NCBI GenBank assembly: GCA_013115145.1 | Contig: JAAPAO010000304.1 | Coordinates: forward strand, 1 to 41,398 | Source: Perkinsus chesapeaki ATCC PRA-425 | Taxonomy: Eukaryota > Protista > Perkinsozoa | DNA length: 41,398 bases | Reading direction: 5' to 3' | Shown: in pieces, positions 10,178-23,276 of the stretch | How the letters are laid out: each line of letters starts with the position of its first letter | Position numbering within the stretch: the stretch's first letter is position 1 | Made by a program: the position numbers and the translations under genes | Notes under the pieces: generated by a model | Seen by the model: only the letters and a program-made list of their open reading frames with translations | What the model was told of the DNA's origin: nothing | Databases searched by the model: none

Positions 10178-11659
10178 TTATATGGTTGTGCTAGTAGTAG
10201 TAGAAGTATCTGTACTACTTCTAACACGGAAAAATGGCCACATACATATTATCACCGGGGTTATTGACGATGATGATGATGTAGCAGCAGCAGCAGTCTC
10301 GTCATTATTCAACATGTTGTTGTTCTTGTTTTGTTGTTGTTGTTGTTGTTGTTGAAGGCGTTCTCTAACTATATTACCATGTCTAAATATTGCTATACCT
10401 ATTAATGTTATTATTAGTGTAACCCACTCTAACCATGATATTGTAGCAGAGCCTATTAATGGCCAACTAATCATTGATAATAGTGCAGCTAAGGGTACAG
10501 TAACCTTCATGCATACAAATGTAAGAAGTGTTGAACCGTATGATACTAGGAGATATATATTTATATTAAACAAAAGGTTAATTGTTAGATATACTAACAG
10601 AGATTGCCAAGCACCAGGTACTGTAGATAGGGCATTAAAGCCATTGCCAATATGCTCTAGTATTGGTAAACTTGTACGAAAAGATTCAACTAATAAAGAT
10701 ATGGGTAATACCCATATCATACCAAAGAAATTACTAGCACTGCTTACTGCGAATATATCGAGTCTAGCTTCCTTATTATCATCATCATTATGAGAAGCAT
10801 GCTGTCGTGAATACTCACGAAACATACATTCTTTTAATACAAATGATAAAGCTTGGAATAATGTTGCAAGCAGGCATATAATAGACATAGTAATAAGAAC
10901 ACTATTAGATGTTGTTAATGATGATGAGCTAGTAATTTCCCCATCTTGATCATTATTAGCCATTGTTACAGCACCAACTACAACTGATACAATAGCCATT
11001 GATATGACTAATAGTACTCCGAATACCTCTTGGGCTATATAACGTGAAGCTAGTATTATCATAGAAAATAACAGAGTAAATGGTACCATACCTTGCTGTA
11101 ATAAATTAAATATAACTATTGATAGATATGGTTGAGACATGAACATGAAGATTTCCCCAAATACATCACAAATAGATGCTAATAAAGCATATTTCATACC
11201 AGGTAGATTAGTCCACCATCTTTTCAGTTTCATCGTGAATATCTTTATGATAGCCTTACACTTGGAAGCCTCTCCTCCTTCTTGTTGTTGATGGTAGTGT
11301 GATTGAACCATTGGCAATGTTGTTGTTGGACGTTTCCATACATATCGTATTTCAGACATAGACACCCTTTTAAAATAGACCTTAACTCCTAATATAATCC
11401 AATAAACAGTACCATACATTATTTGGCTTATAATGGATGTAACAAAACCGGAGTATTCCTGTAAGGGTTCTGCTCTTATTTTACCAGCTATAGCATTAGC
11501 AGTTGATGCTATTGATAAAGATAACATAAGCGATGCTACTATTAAACGATGATTAGTAGTAGTAGTAGTAGAGGGACTTTTAACCACAGAATAACAATCA
11601 TCATCATCATCTAACACAGATATTGTATTATCTGATGTTGAAGTGGGAGGAGTGGGCAT
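10178..11659 (-). CDS. CRT-like transporter, tandem copy 2
   Basis: Clear paralogue of 8358-10112 (NAIAGKIRAEPLQEYSGFVTS, FNLLQQGMVPFT, FVLKECMF, YGSTLLTFVCMKVTVPL) with added polyQ/T/S tracts. The likely start is ATG 11659 (MPTPP); the ORF stays open to 11815. Confidence 0.82.
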   Translation of the reverse strand: MPTPPTSTSDNTISVLDDDDDCYSVVKSPSTTTTTNHRLIVASLMLSLSIASTANAIAGKIRAEPLQEYSGFVTSIISQIMYGTVYWIILGVKVYFKRVSMSEIRYVWKRPTTTLPMVQSHYHQQQEGGEASKCKAIIKIFTMKLKRWWTNLPGMKYALLASICDVFGEIFMFMSQPYLSIVIFNLLQQGMVPFTLLFSMIILASRYIAQEVFGVLLVISMAIVSVVVGAVTMANNDQDGEITSSSSLTTSNSVLITMSIICLLATLFQALSFVLKECMFREYSRQHASHNDDDNKEARLDIFAVSSASNFFGMIWVLPISLLVESFRTSLPILEHIGNGFNALSTVPGAWQSLLVYLTINLLFNINIYLLVSYGSTLLTFVCMKVTVPLAALLSMISWPLIGSATISWLEWVTLIITLIGIAIFRHGNIVRERLQQQQQQQQNKNNNMLNNDETAAAATSSSSSITPVIICMWPFFRVRSSTDTSTTTSTTI

Positions 11660-11811
11660 GGTTTGACTGTTGGTTCGATGGTAAAGAACCTGCTGAATAT
11701 AATAACAACGGTAACGACATAATATTTCTATCAAACACGAGCCGCAACGTAAGTAGATAGAAACGGCGGCGGCGGCGGAAACGATATCAGCGGAAAGAGT
11801 ATTGCTGCAGT

Positions 11812-14532
11812 TCATGATGATGAGTTAGTATAACGTAGCTTAGTGCCCAATAATATTAAACTATGTCTTGTATTACCAATACATAATTCACGTACTGGAG
11901 TTAATGCACAATTATCAATTAATGATGATCCTCCTCCTCCTTGTTGTTGTTGTTGTTGTAATAACTGATTATATATATCACATTCCTCATAACGCGTAAC
12001 ATCATAATAAAGCATACTTGGTACATCATCATTATCATGTATGTTAGTAGTAGTAGCAGATGTAGGTGATGTTGTATTGAACATATAATCAATAGATTCA
12101 CCAGAATAGATAGATAACTCGGCTACACTATTATTATCGTCACCATCATTGTTATTATTATTAATAAGCGATACTTCTACATTACCCCCTTTAGGCAATA
12201 CAGGCAATCTAATACCAATAATATTAGATATATCAGTATTAAGATATTTACCAGCTAACTCTACTGCTGGTACTAATGGTGTTCTAGCAGATATAAATAA
12301 TATAGCTAATAATGTATTAGTAGATGACATTAAATGAGTTATATTATTAAGTGATCTCATAGCCATCCATAGCTCATATTGCCAAGTATTAGGTAATGAC
12401 ATTGTATGTGGTATTAAACCTAGTACCCCAGCAGTCATTAACATTCCATTACTAAACCTAATAATACCGACGACGATGATGATACATATTATATAATAAT
12501 AGCTTATATATCCTATTATTACCGTTTAGCTTGACTATATGGTCCTATACAAGACATAGCCCAAGTTGATATAGATTGTACATGTAATGTAGTAACGCTA
12601 TAATCATCATCATTATCACTATTAACCCTTGGTATGGCCATTATACGGAATCTAACTAATATACCTAAGATGATAATAAGTAATAGACAATATAATAATA
12701 ATAGTGTTGTTGTTGTTATTACCTTTGGGTAAATCAGTCTGTATACAATACCTACTAGGTGGGTTTACTCTAGGGAAATGCTTACAATACTCATCATTAA
12801 CTACACCAAATAGATTAACCATATCTGATACTTGAACCTCTACATATATTATAGTATATCTATTATAATAATATATATCAATAATAATGATATCAACAGG
12901 GCTTACTCATTTGATGGTATTAAAGTATTATTAACATACTCCAACAGATACCTGCATTGTTCCCTTGCTTTATCACTGCTACTACTACTATCAACAGCAT
13001 CATCATCACTATATAAAAGTAGCTCACTATTCGGCGGCGGTACAGATATAATCTGATCGGAAGTGTTATACTGAATAGTTGTATAATGTTGTATATTACA
13101 TCTATTGAGTTGGTTATAGCAATATAACCATCACCACATTTACACAGATGTGCTAGTCCATTGCCTCCTCCTTCAGACATGGATGGTGGTAATGGTGGTG
13201 GTGTATTATTATAGCAATGTGTTGTATTAAGCCCCAAAGGACCATGTACCATATCATTATCAGGTAACTCAATTATAGGGTAATCTTCCTTATAGAAGCT
13301 AATATCATCTATTATCGATAATGATGTACCTGTTAATAATGATGTTACCGTACAGTAGGCCCTAAATGCCATTACATGCAGCAGCAGCAGTAGCAGTATC
13401 ATCTTTAGGTACTATATGAGGGTTAGATGATTGTAGATAATATACATCACTACTATGTTTAATTACTCTTGTATCCCCTAACTCTATTCTACCATTAACA
13501 TATCTATTAATAATATATACTTTAAATAGTATTATTCATATTATTATTACAATGGGCAGTCCGTTGTTAATGTCTCATATTCCCCCCCTTCCCCACACAC
13601 ATGAAACCCGAATTGATTATGTAATTTATTAAAGTATCTAATAATACAACAATAATACTACCATCAACCCAAGGCCTATTATTGCTACGGTTGTAGCTCT
13701 GATAGTGTCTTCCCTAAATGTCCTTCATCTAACCCCATACATGCTACTTTAACTAATCGTGCCTCAATACCTAATACTATATACCTTAGTATAACCAATG
13801 TAGTATTATCACTACCAGTATTAATCATCCAATTCAACAGCTTATCTTGTGGTAATCTCCACATAAATGCTAATACCTGCTAATACTACTCCCTTTCTTC
13901 TTTCTCCATTATTATTAATATTACCATAAGGCCTAACCTTTGACACACATTCTCTACCCTTAAACGCTGATAGTCTGAGAATATAGCACCACAGCTTACA
14001 GCATTAACTTCAGGATGAGCTCTTTTCACTTTCAGCAATAAATCGTAACTATATAACCAATCTATACTATACCAATAAGATCTAATACTATTACAGATCT
14101 TCAACTTCATCATCACACTCGTTATCATTATATACTAACTCATCAGTCTCTATAGGTGCTCTATTAATAGCCTATATATTAATATGAATAATGCTATATA
14201 GTATTAATAAACATTACTTGTTTATATAATGGTAATCCTAATGCTTCTGCTACTACTGGTACAACTTCATAACCAACAGTTTGATACCTTATAAGATAGT
14301 TGTGATAATAAGTACACTGCTGAATAATAATAATAACAATAATCGGTTACATAAAACTATCCATTTCCCCTGCTATTGTTGTTGCATCATTATCATCATC
14401 CTCTTCCTCCTCCTTCTGTATTGGTGGTGGATGTAGATTAGCAACACATACTATATCATGTCCAAGATACTTACATATATGAAGGTTAAATAAGGAGTCC
14501 TTTCCACCAGATATTAAACCAACTACCTTCAT
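11812..14532 (-). CDS. DPH6: Diphthine-ammonia ligase with C-terminal RidA/YjgF-like domains, multi-exon
   Basis: Exons MKVVGLISGGKDS, EMDSFMYQTVG, VSCGAIFSDYQRLRVENVCQRLGL and CGEGGEYETLTTDCPL, followed by RidA-like VNDEYCKHFPRVNPPSR and LHVQSISTWAMSCIGPYSQA. This matches the known eukaryotic DPH6-RidA architecture. The 3' end is approximate. Confidence 0.88.
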
Positions 14533-14720
14533 AAACAGTGATGATGATGATACTAAGATAATAATAATATAGTATTAAACACTACAATAACACCTATACA
14601 GAAACACCGACAACGTCATCATAACCAAAAACAGTATGAACAACAATACCACACAAAAGTAACAGTAATAATAATATAGGACAGTGATGATGATGATGAT
14701 GATAGTAATTATTATTTAAT

Positions 14721-16977
14721 TCAACAGTGATAATGATGATGTTGTACTGCTGCTGCTTTATTATTATTATATACCACACGGTTAAATAAAGCTTTAGCTA
14801 CAAATGGTCTAGCTTCCTTTAATATATCAAGTTGTGGGTCTAAACTACGACCAAGGCCCTCTAATACCATAGTAGCACATACAACACTAACAAAGTTAGC
14901 TTCAAGTCTTACACAATGTTTACATGCTAACCCTAATAATTGTGAGAATATTATACCTAATTGCATACCTTGTAATGTTACACCTCTAGCTGAATCTACT
15001 AACTCTTTAACACCATTAATAAATTCATCTGCCTTATATACTGTATGGGGAGGTGATCTCGAACGTTCTATCATAAGCCGCCCAACTTCATCAGATTCAC
15101 CAATCATAATAGCATGCATCAAATCAACAAAGTTAGTGAGATCCCTATCTGATAGTTCATTAGCCAGACCACAGTCTAGGAATATTAATTTAATACCACC
15201 ACCACCACCTTCCTTATTAGGTTGTATTAATATATTTCCGGGATGTAAATCACCATGTATAAAGTTATCAATAAATAACATATGTAAAAATGCTTTGACA
15301 CCCTTTTGACATACATCCCTCTTAGATACCATTACACCACCATCAAGAATATATACCTTATCATCATCATTATCTAAGTTGTTGTTGTTGTTCCTATTTA
15401 ATATAGCCCCTATAGGGACCCCTGGTTCAAATGTCTCTATTAACACTGTTCTAGTAGTAATATCATTATACACCCTTGGGAAGGCTATATCTGGATGACC
15501 TTGGAAATTAGCTCTAAACCGTTGTATATTAGATGCCTCTTGTCTGAGATCTGTTTGAGATAATAAAAAGTCAGAGAATTGTTCAACCATATCGGATACA
15601 CCTATTATTATAATAATAACATATATTAAAGTATTATTATTACTACCTAAATGCTTTAGATAAGGTATATGGTCAACAACATGTCCAAGGGCTTTAAGTA
15701 TACCCAGATCAATATCAATAATATCCTGGCATCCTGGATGGGATACTTTAACTGCTACAACATTACCAGCATTACCAGTATTATTCAATAATCTACCTTT
15801 ATGAACCTAACTATTAATAGTATATATACTTTTATTATTATTAGTACTACTACCTGTGCTATACAACCACTACCAACTACTTCTTTATCTATTTCTAACC
15901 ATGTACGCCATTCTGGACCATAGGACTAAATAAGGTAGTATATTACTATTGAAATAATAATACTATCACTATTACTATTACTATTACCTCATCTAGCTGT
16001 AATAAAGTATCCTTATATGAATGTGGTCTAACTTGTGTATGTAATTGTGATAAATATTGTATAACATATTGAGGAAATAGATCTCTACGTGTACCCTAAT
16101 ATCACTATTATTAATAATAATAATTATATTATTATTACTGCCCATTGTCCTAATTTAATAAATGCAGGTCCACTACTTTCTATTGAATATATTAACCATT
16201 CCCACCACCAGTTCTTATACCATGTATTACCTAACAAATACTATAACTCATTATATAATTAATACTACTACTAGTACTACCAAAGAGTAACAGAGGTGAT
16301 GCCATTAAACACGGACCAAACCGAAACATTAGTTGTATCAATCTCCAGACGGAGCGAAGCATCCCCTGTATAAATGAGACTTTCTTATTATGCTCTTCTT
16401 TCAAAGATGAATATTTAACTTGTTTAACAACACCTACTAACACACTACTACTTTATTATATATCCCTACTACATGGTGCTGCTTTTCCTTCAATACCATA
16501 ATCTTCACCTTTTTGCATACTCTTTATTGGTAACCCAGTAGTAATACCATTCCCATAAGGCGGTGATTCACAGTATGATACATTATTATGAACTAATAAT
16601 CGCCAGGAACATAACCCACTACTAGGTGTTAATAACCACCTCCATCGTTCATGCCCCTGTTTTATAGCATTGTTATTATTATATCCTGCCATAAAACCAG
16701 CTGCTGTTGTTGCTACACCGATACCATTAGTTAATAGTTTAGGTATTATACCACGTAAACCTAGCGGGGTGGGTAATTGGTTAGATTTAAGGGTAATGGG
16801 TAATAGTATACATAATGATGATGAGGAGGAGGAGAGGATGGTATGACACCCATTCAAGAGGATGGATGATAACGACATAAAAACTAAATGATATTTGGTG
16901 ACAGCATTATATAATAATAACACTACACTAGTAGGATGATGATGATGATGTAATAGTATACTGTTATTATTAAACAT
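14721..16977 (-). CDS. ADCK2: ABC1/UbiB atypical protein kinase, ADCK2/Cqd1-like, multi-exon
   Basis: GPAFIKLGQWAGTRRDLF (spliced), VAVKVSHP, DNFIHGDLHPGNIL, IFLDCGL, LEGLGRSLDPQLDIL. The start is uncertain (about 16800-16977). Confidence 0.85.
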
Positions 16978-17071
16978 GTTAATATTATATAATTATTATT
17001 ATCATCAATTTACTATACCGTTAGTATTATTATATCCTATACACTAATAATATATAATATTATATACTGTA

Positions 17072-18212
17072 TTACTGGCATAACCTTCCTGCCATCTCTT
17101 CCCTTATCTTTTCAACTTCCTGTATAAGTTCCTCACAAGATGGCATACTACCATCACCAGCATCAACATCATTCGATACCATTTCCTTAACATCATTATT
17201 ATTATATACCTATACATAACCTACCTCACTACTACAGTACCCTCCTCCTCCCCCTGCTGCTACTGCTGTCTTATGCCATACCCCTAGATCTACTTGTCTG
17301 CGATATCTATTATATACTACTATTAAATGATATAATATTATTATTACCTTCCTGAACTATACGATATACGATTAATTAAAGTATCATGTCGTTTATTATC
17401 CTTCGCCAACCTACTACTAATACTTACCCACCCAACCAACCTTATTATTATTATTACCTTTTATGATCTATTACTACAGCTGCTGTATCATGTAACCTAT
17501 TAAGTAGCTTCCTATTCTCATATGCTATCCTATCCCTTTCTTTTTGATAATATGATGGCAATGATGATGATGTTCGCCCGTGCTGCTGCTGCTGCTGCTG
17601 CTGATGATAGTGTATTGATGATGTAGTATGAGAATGTAAAGTAGCAGTACCAGCAGCAGTATCTCTAGTCTTCGAGCTTGTTGTTGATGCCTATGTATAT
17701 ATTACCACTTAATACTGCTATTATAACTATTACTACTACTACTACTACTACCATAAAGGGGCCCTCTTTACTACTCCCAGTGGCATGATGATGCTGCTGC
17801 TGCAGCCTGCTTTTATTATTATTCTTATCAATATTTAACATCTTATTTAATAATATACGATTCTCTTGTCGTATTTGTGCCTTCCTATCCTCCATCATTT
17901 GTTTAGTTTTTAACTTATACTTTAAATGTATTGGTTTCTTAGGTGCCTTATTATCAATACCTTTATTAATAACACCATCATCACCACTTACCTTCAACAT
18001 ACCTACAACTTACTTGATTTAATATTATCTAATGCTTTTAAATGTCTAATATGTCTCTCCCTTTCAGCTCTCTCATAACATATCCTACTACCACCATTAC
18101 TACTTACATTACTAATAATAACAACAACAACAAGAAGCTTGTCCAGCTGCTTACAGATATCGTTACACCTTGTCCTACTTCCATATACTAGTCCTACTAC
18201 TACTTCTTTCAT
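17072..18212 (-). CDS. CFAP97/KIAA1430 (hemingway)-domain coiled-coil protein, multi-exon
   Basis: Exons RERHIRHLKALDNIKS, IDNKAPKKPIHLKYKLKTKQMMEDRKAQIRQENRILLNKMLNI and KERDRIAYENRKLLNRL resemble the CFAP97-domain pattern. Both ends are approximate. Confidence 0.62.
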
Positions 18213-19125
18213 TACCCTTCTTATTATTATTCATAATCATACTAATACTATAATAACAACATATTATTACATATATACAATTATACTACAACACAACATA
18301 TAAAGTGATTTTACTACTATTACTAATGCCACAATAACAACAACAACAACCACCACCACCACGCTGCTATAGTAGGGGTTAACAGGGTACTATGAGATAT
18401 AATAATAACCAATCATGTGGTAGTGGTAGTGTTATTTTTATCATCCATACCTTTAATAATTAGCATATTAATGATTACGATGATGATGATTGTTGTTGAT
18501 GATGTTATTATTATCTTATTGTTATACATAATACCAATATTATACACCCGCTTCAGCAGCAGCAGCAGCAGAGAGAGGAGGAAGAGGAGGAGGTACTGAT
18601 CCTTGGGTTGTATTATTATTATTGTGAATAGTAATAGTAAGTTATGTAAGTATACAATTGTAGAGGTAGTAGGATAGTAATAATATTATTACTAAAAACA
18701 AACAAACAACAACAAGGTCATCGTTATTAAGTATAGTAGATGACGAGGGGCAGCAGGATGGCTGGTATAGGAATACCAATAGTAATACCAACAAGAGTTG
18801 ATAATATTTCACCTTATTCCTAATACACTGATAGTATCTTATTAATATTATTATTGCTTTTATAACTGTAGTAAACAACGTTACCCTTGTTTACTTAGCT
18901 ATGACATACTATTACTACTACTATCATCACCATCAATACCACCACCACCACCACAACTACCATGACCATGACCACCATAATTCTAATAATCTTACAGCTA
19001 TAACAGGATAGCAGTAACTACTAGTATTATACCAACAACAATCTTATAGTAATGACAAATGATAATGATGAAGGGTAATGATGATGATGCTGTGGGCATG
19101 AATTGTATTATTATTATGACGCAGC

Positions 19126-22100
19126 TTATCGTGTTGTTGTTGTTGGTCTTATATCAATAGATGCTGTTATATCAGCATATACTAATAAACACCAATTATG
19201 ATCTGCATTTAATGACAATGATACATTATCATTTATAATACTATCATTTGGTGACTCTAGTTCAGTTACATTCTCATCATCAAAATGCCACCAGTGTGAT
19301 GATATACTAGTACCATGATGATGATGATTAACATTACCAGTAGCAGGAGGAGGAGAATTCAAGGAAGCTTTATTGATGGTACCCTTTTTATTAGTACCTG
19401 ATAATAATAATATTAGATAACCTACTATTATAACAACAACTACCTTCGTTTTTATCAACATTTGATGATGATGGCGGTGGTGTTGTAGGTGTCTCTGGAG
19501 CTGCCCTACTAAATGCCCAATAATGACCACTAGTAGCCCCCAAACCAGAACGGCTAACAACCTAATAACAACAACAAAGATACTCAATATCATCATCAGC
19601 ATTAATGCCTATCATACTATTCCCCCTCAATTACCCCCAATAATGTATATTGTTTATTAGCCTGTGGATGATCCTTTCCTCCTGCTAAACATGTTGATGG
19701 TATCTTTAATTTCCCTGGGAATGGTACTGATACTTGTGTCATTGTATGCATTGTCTCTGCCACATGTCTACTAACTTCAATACATAATACTTGGGGTAAT
19801 TGTTGTAATAACATAGCTTCAGTGTGATGTGTTTGTGTTGATGGTGGTGACCATGGTGATGTTGTATGAAATCTAATAATAATACCATCATCACATAACA
19901 TACTAATATTCTCATTTTCAACCGATTACGTCCGTTTTAATAGCTCTACTAGATCAACTGTAGACGACGCTGATGCTGATGCCTTCGTATGAATGCCAGG
20001 CGTTGGTCTTGGTGGTGGCGGTAATGATATTAATGTAAAACTATAGGAGGACGGACAAGTGGCATAAATGTCTTCTTGTTATTATCCTTTTTTATTACTA
20101 CCTTTCAACTTGCTTATTAACCTTACCATTTGGCATGGTGTGATGTACTATCTTCATACCTCTAAATATCCTATATATAATAGAATCCTCTAATACCCCT
20201 GGTCCAGTAAGGCAATCATCATCAACATTCCAATATCTACGCCATTTACATTCATCATGTAACTTATCCTATTAACCACATCATCATCATATACACCATT
20301 ATTATTATATTACCAATACTGTATCCAATGCTTCTGCTGAATCATGTTGGTTTCCTAAACCCCCGAAATATTCGAACACTGGTTGTAATGCAGGCATTGA
20401 TACTAAATTAGTACAACCATAAGACGTCGCAGCTGCCGGCGGCGGAGGAGGAGGAGGAGGCGAGGACGACGACGACGATGCTGCTGATGGTACTGATGCT
20501 GTGGATGATGGGGGTTGAAGATGATGAGGAGGGGGAGGTGAATTATATAGTGATGATGATGATGCTATCGATGATGTCGTTGATGTAGGTGCTGCTCCTG
20601 TTTGTTCATCGCCTAATATTAGATATACAATGTATATACTAATATTATATTATTACTATTTACTGCTGCTGCTGGTGGTGGTTGAAAGAATGGTCTACAT
20701 GCTGATGCTATTGCTCTAGTCCATGGATATTTATCACCACTTCGTATCGTACTCATAGCCATTGAAAAGTATGTCATAAGACCAGTAATAGGTAGTAGTA
20801 CCTATTAATAATATACCAACTTTATTATTATAATAATAAGCACCACCATCACTACTACCTGTATCATAGCATTTAAATAGCATACTCTAGTTTGGCCTGG
20901 ATTCTTCATTCCCATAGGCCTATATCTGGGTTCCTTTAAAGCTGGATGTTCCTATAATGATAATAATAACCATATAACATGTGTATTATTATATATTACC
21001 TGACATAACGGCAACGGCCTGGATCCTACTCTATTCATCCATTCATTTAATGCATTAGCATCAATATCAGCGGCAGTAGCAGCTGATAATGGCGTATTAC
21101 CTTATAAATAATAATACCACCACACTATTATTATTATTACTACCAGCCATTATCTGCAATGCCTCTAAGAAATGTATCGGTGGTATACTACTAGTACTAC
21201 CATCACCATCACCACCATTCTGCTCTACCAAACCCCTTTCCTCCTCCTCCTCCTCCCCTTTATCTGTTTCTGGTGGTGGTGATGTTGATGATGGTAGCAG
21301 TGGTCTACCACTCGGCAATCGTGTACCCCATGCAGATACTAAACCAGTATGCTGTTGTTGTTGTTGCTGATGGTGCTGATGGGTTATGTCAATGAGCACT
21401 TTCATCAACCTTTACCTTCATCATATGTACTTGTTCCTCCTCTCGCTCCTCCTCCTCCTCTTGCTGCTCCGCCATCACCTTTTTATCATCTCCTTTCTTT
21501 ATGTCCTGCTGAATATATTATAATATATAATAGCCTATAATACTACATTATTATTATCACTCCTGGCAGCAGCACTATTAATGTTGTTATCATCATCCTA
21601 ACAATAATAACAATACCTATGTAAGGTCAGTATTATATAATTACATCATTAACGTCCTTATCTTCCTCTACTTCCTTCTTTTGTATTGGTTTATTTAACT
21701 TCCCCATAAGCCCTGGTCTATTACTACCCTTATCCACCGCCGCCGCCCCCACCCCCGGCATCTTCGTCTGCTGCTGCTGCTGCTCCCTGCTGTTGTTACC
21801 CCTTTTATCACCATCATTGCTTGACGATTGCGTATCCTGTACTGCTGGTACAGGTACCTTTATCGATGCCTCTCCCTCAACCACCACCACTTCCTCCTCC
21901 TGCTGCTCCTGCTGCTCCTGCTGCACCTGTTGTTGTTGTTGCTGTTGGGGTATAGTATAATACATAGATGGTATCATCATATATTGTTGATTATTATTAG
22001 TAGGATAATAATAATAATAACCTCCATTATTATTAGGTATACCATCTTTATTATCATTATTACTAACCATTCCTTGACCAGTAGCTACTGCTGCTGCCAT

Positions 22101-23276
22101 ACTCATCATATTAGGATCATAATAATAGTATGGATACCCTTGTTGCTGTTGATACCCTTGTTGTTGTTGTTGCTCATTATTACTACTATCCGTCACACCT
22201 GCTGTTGTAGAGAGGGCTGTAGTATTATTAGATGTTGCCCCTTGTTGTTGTTGTTGTTGTTGTTGTTGTTGCTGTTGTGCTGTATAATACATAGCCATTT
22301 GTTGTTGTTGTTGATCTGGCATATAATATCCCATATTGCCTTGATACATTCCTCCTCCTGCTCCTCCCTGTGATGCGGCCATTGCCATGGCCATTTGATA
22401 ATAGTATTGTTGTTGTTGTTGCTGCTGCTGTTGTTGCATATATTGTTGATAATAATATGCAGCTGCTGCTGCAGCTTGATACTGCTGTGCTGCTGCTGCT
22501 GCAGCCATATCCTGACTACTAGATGTCCCCATACTACTACCGCCACCTTGCTGATGTTGTTGTGGCGTATAATATCCCTGCTGCATATAAGCTTGTCCAT
22601 ATCCCATATTATTCGGTACAGCTGGTGCTGATGATGATGACGTTGATGATGATGTAGCCCCCCCGCCTCCTCCTCCACCTTCTGCTCTATTTGGTGTATC
22701 ATCATCATTAAATGTCGTATCACCAATATTATCTGTTTGCCCTCCTCCTCCTATATAGTGCCCTCCTTTACCGCGTATATTATAATACTGTTGTTGTTGA
22801 TGATGTTGTTGTTGTGTTGTATAGTTATTATTATTCTGTCTTTGTTGTCTTGCACCTCCTCCACCTTTATGTTGTATATTAGTATTACGATTATACCCTC
22901 CTCCTCCTCCACCAGCAGGGGTATTACCTTTCCCTTGATAATAATGATATTGATTACCACCACCACCACCGCCACGTCCTGTCATATTATATTGTTGATT
23001 ATAATATGATGATCTTTGTTGCGTTGAATCTGTTGCTGTTGCTGTTGTTGGCCCTATACCTCCTTTACCCTAAATAATATATATATATTATATTATATAT
23101 ATTATTGTTACCTTTGATGATGTACGTCTATAATCAGCTATATCGCCACTTCCCCCTTCATTATCATCATATTGAGCTATATATATAATATAATATAACA
23201 TATATAATATATTACATTTATTATTATAACCCCTCCTTTGTTGTTGACTATGGCTGCCTGTCTGTTGTGTATACAT
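19126..23276 (-). CDS. Ubiquitin-specific protease (USP/C19; USP10/Ubp3-like architecture) with long Q/G/Y/N-rich N-terminus, multi-exon
   Basis: Cys box GMKNPGQTRVCYLNAMIQ (about 20870-20930), GNQHDSAEAL, His box GLGATSGHYWAFSR and WWHFDDENV. The 450 aa low-complexity ORF at 21633-22985 lies upstream on the same strand. The subfamily call is inference from architecture. Confidence 0.8.

Noticed and set aside
11812-11815. ATGA overlap between the DPH6 stop and the upstream ATG of the CRT copy 2 ORF, resembling bacterial translational coupling
   Set aside because: The context is a spliced eukaryotic gene, the DPH6 last exon is uncertain, the extra 52 residues look non-coding, and the overlap sits in an ATG/TGA microsatellite.
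11812-13400. DPH6-RidA fusion as a novel architecture
   Set aside because: It is the established architecture of fungal, plant and many protist DPH6 proteins.
18220-19120. Hydrophobic short ORFs between the USP and CFAP97-domain genes
   Set aside because: The sequence is microsatellite-dominated with no consistent exon chain or recognisable motif. It is probably UTR or intergenic, though a small gene cannot be excluded.
19903-19929. In-frame TAA inside the USP coding region, suggesting stop-codon reassignment or readthrough
   Set aside because: A 27-nt GT-AG intron explains it, and long ORFs such as the 1007-codon one show a standard code.
21828-23009. Antisense and alternate-frame ORFs rich in L, C, I, H (also 7216-7884, 8497-9372, 26224-26665, 36244-36681, 37663-38421)
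   Set aside because: These are shadows of real genes on the other strand or of trinucleotide repeats, with no independent motifs.
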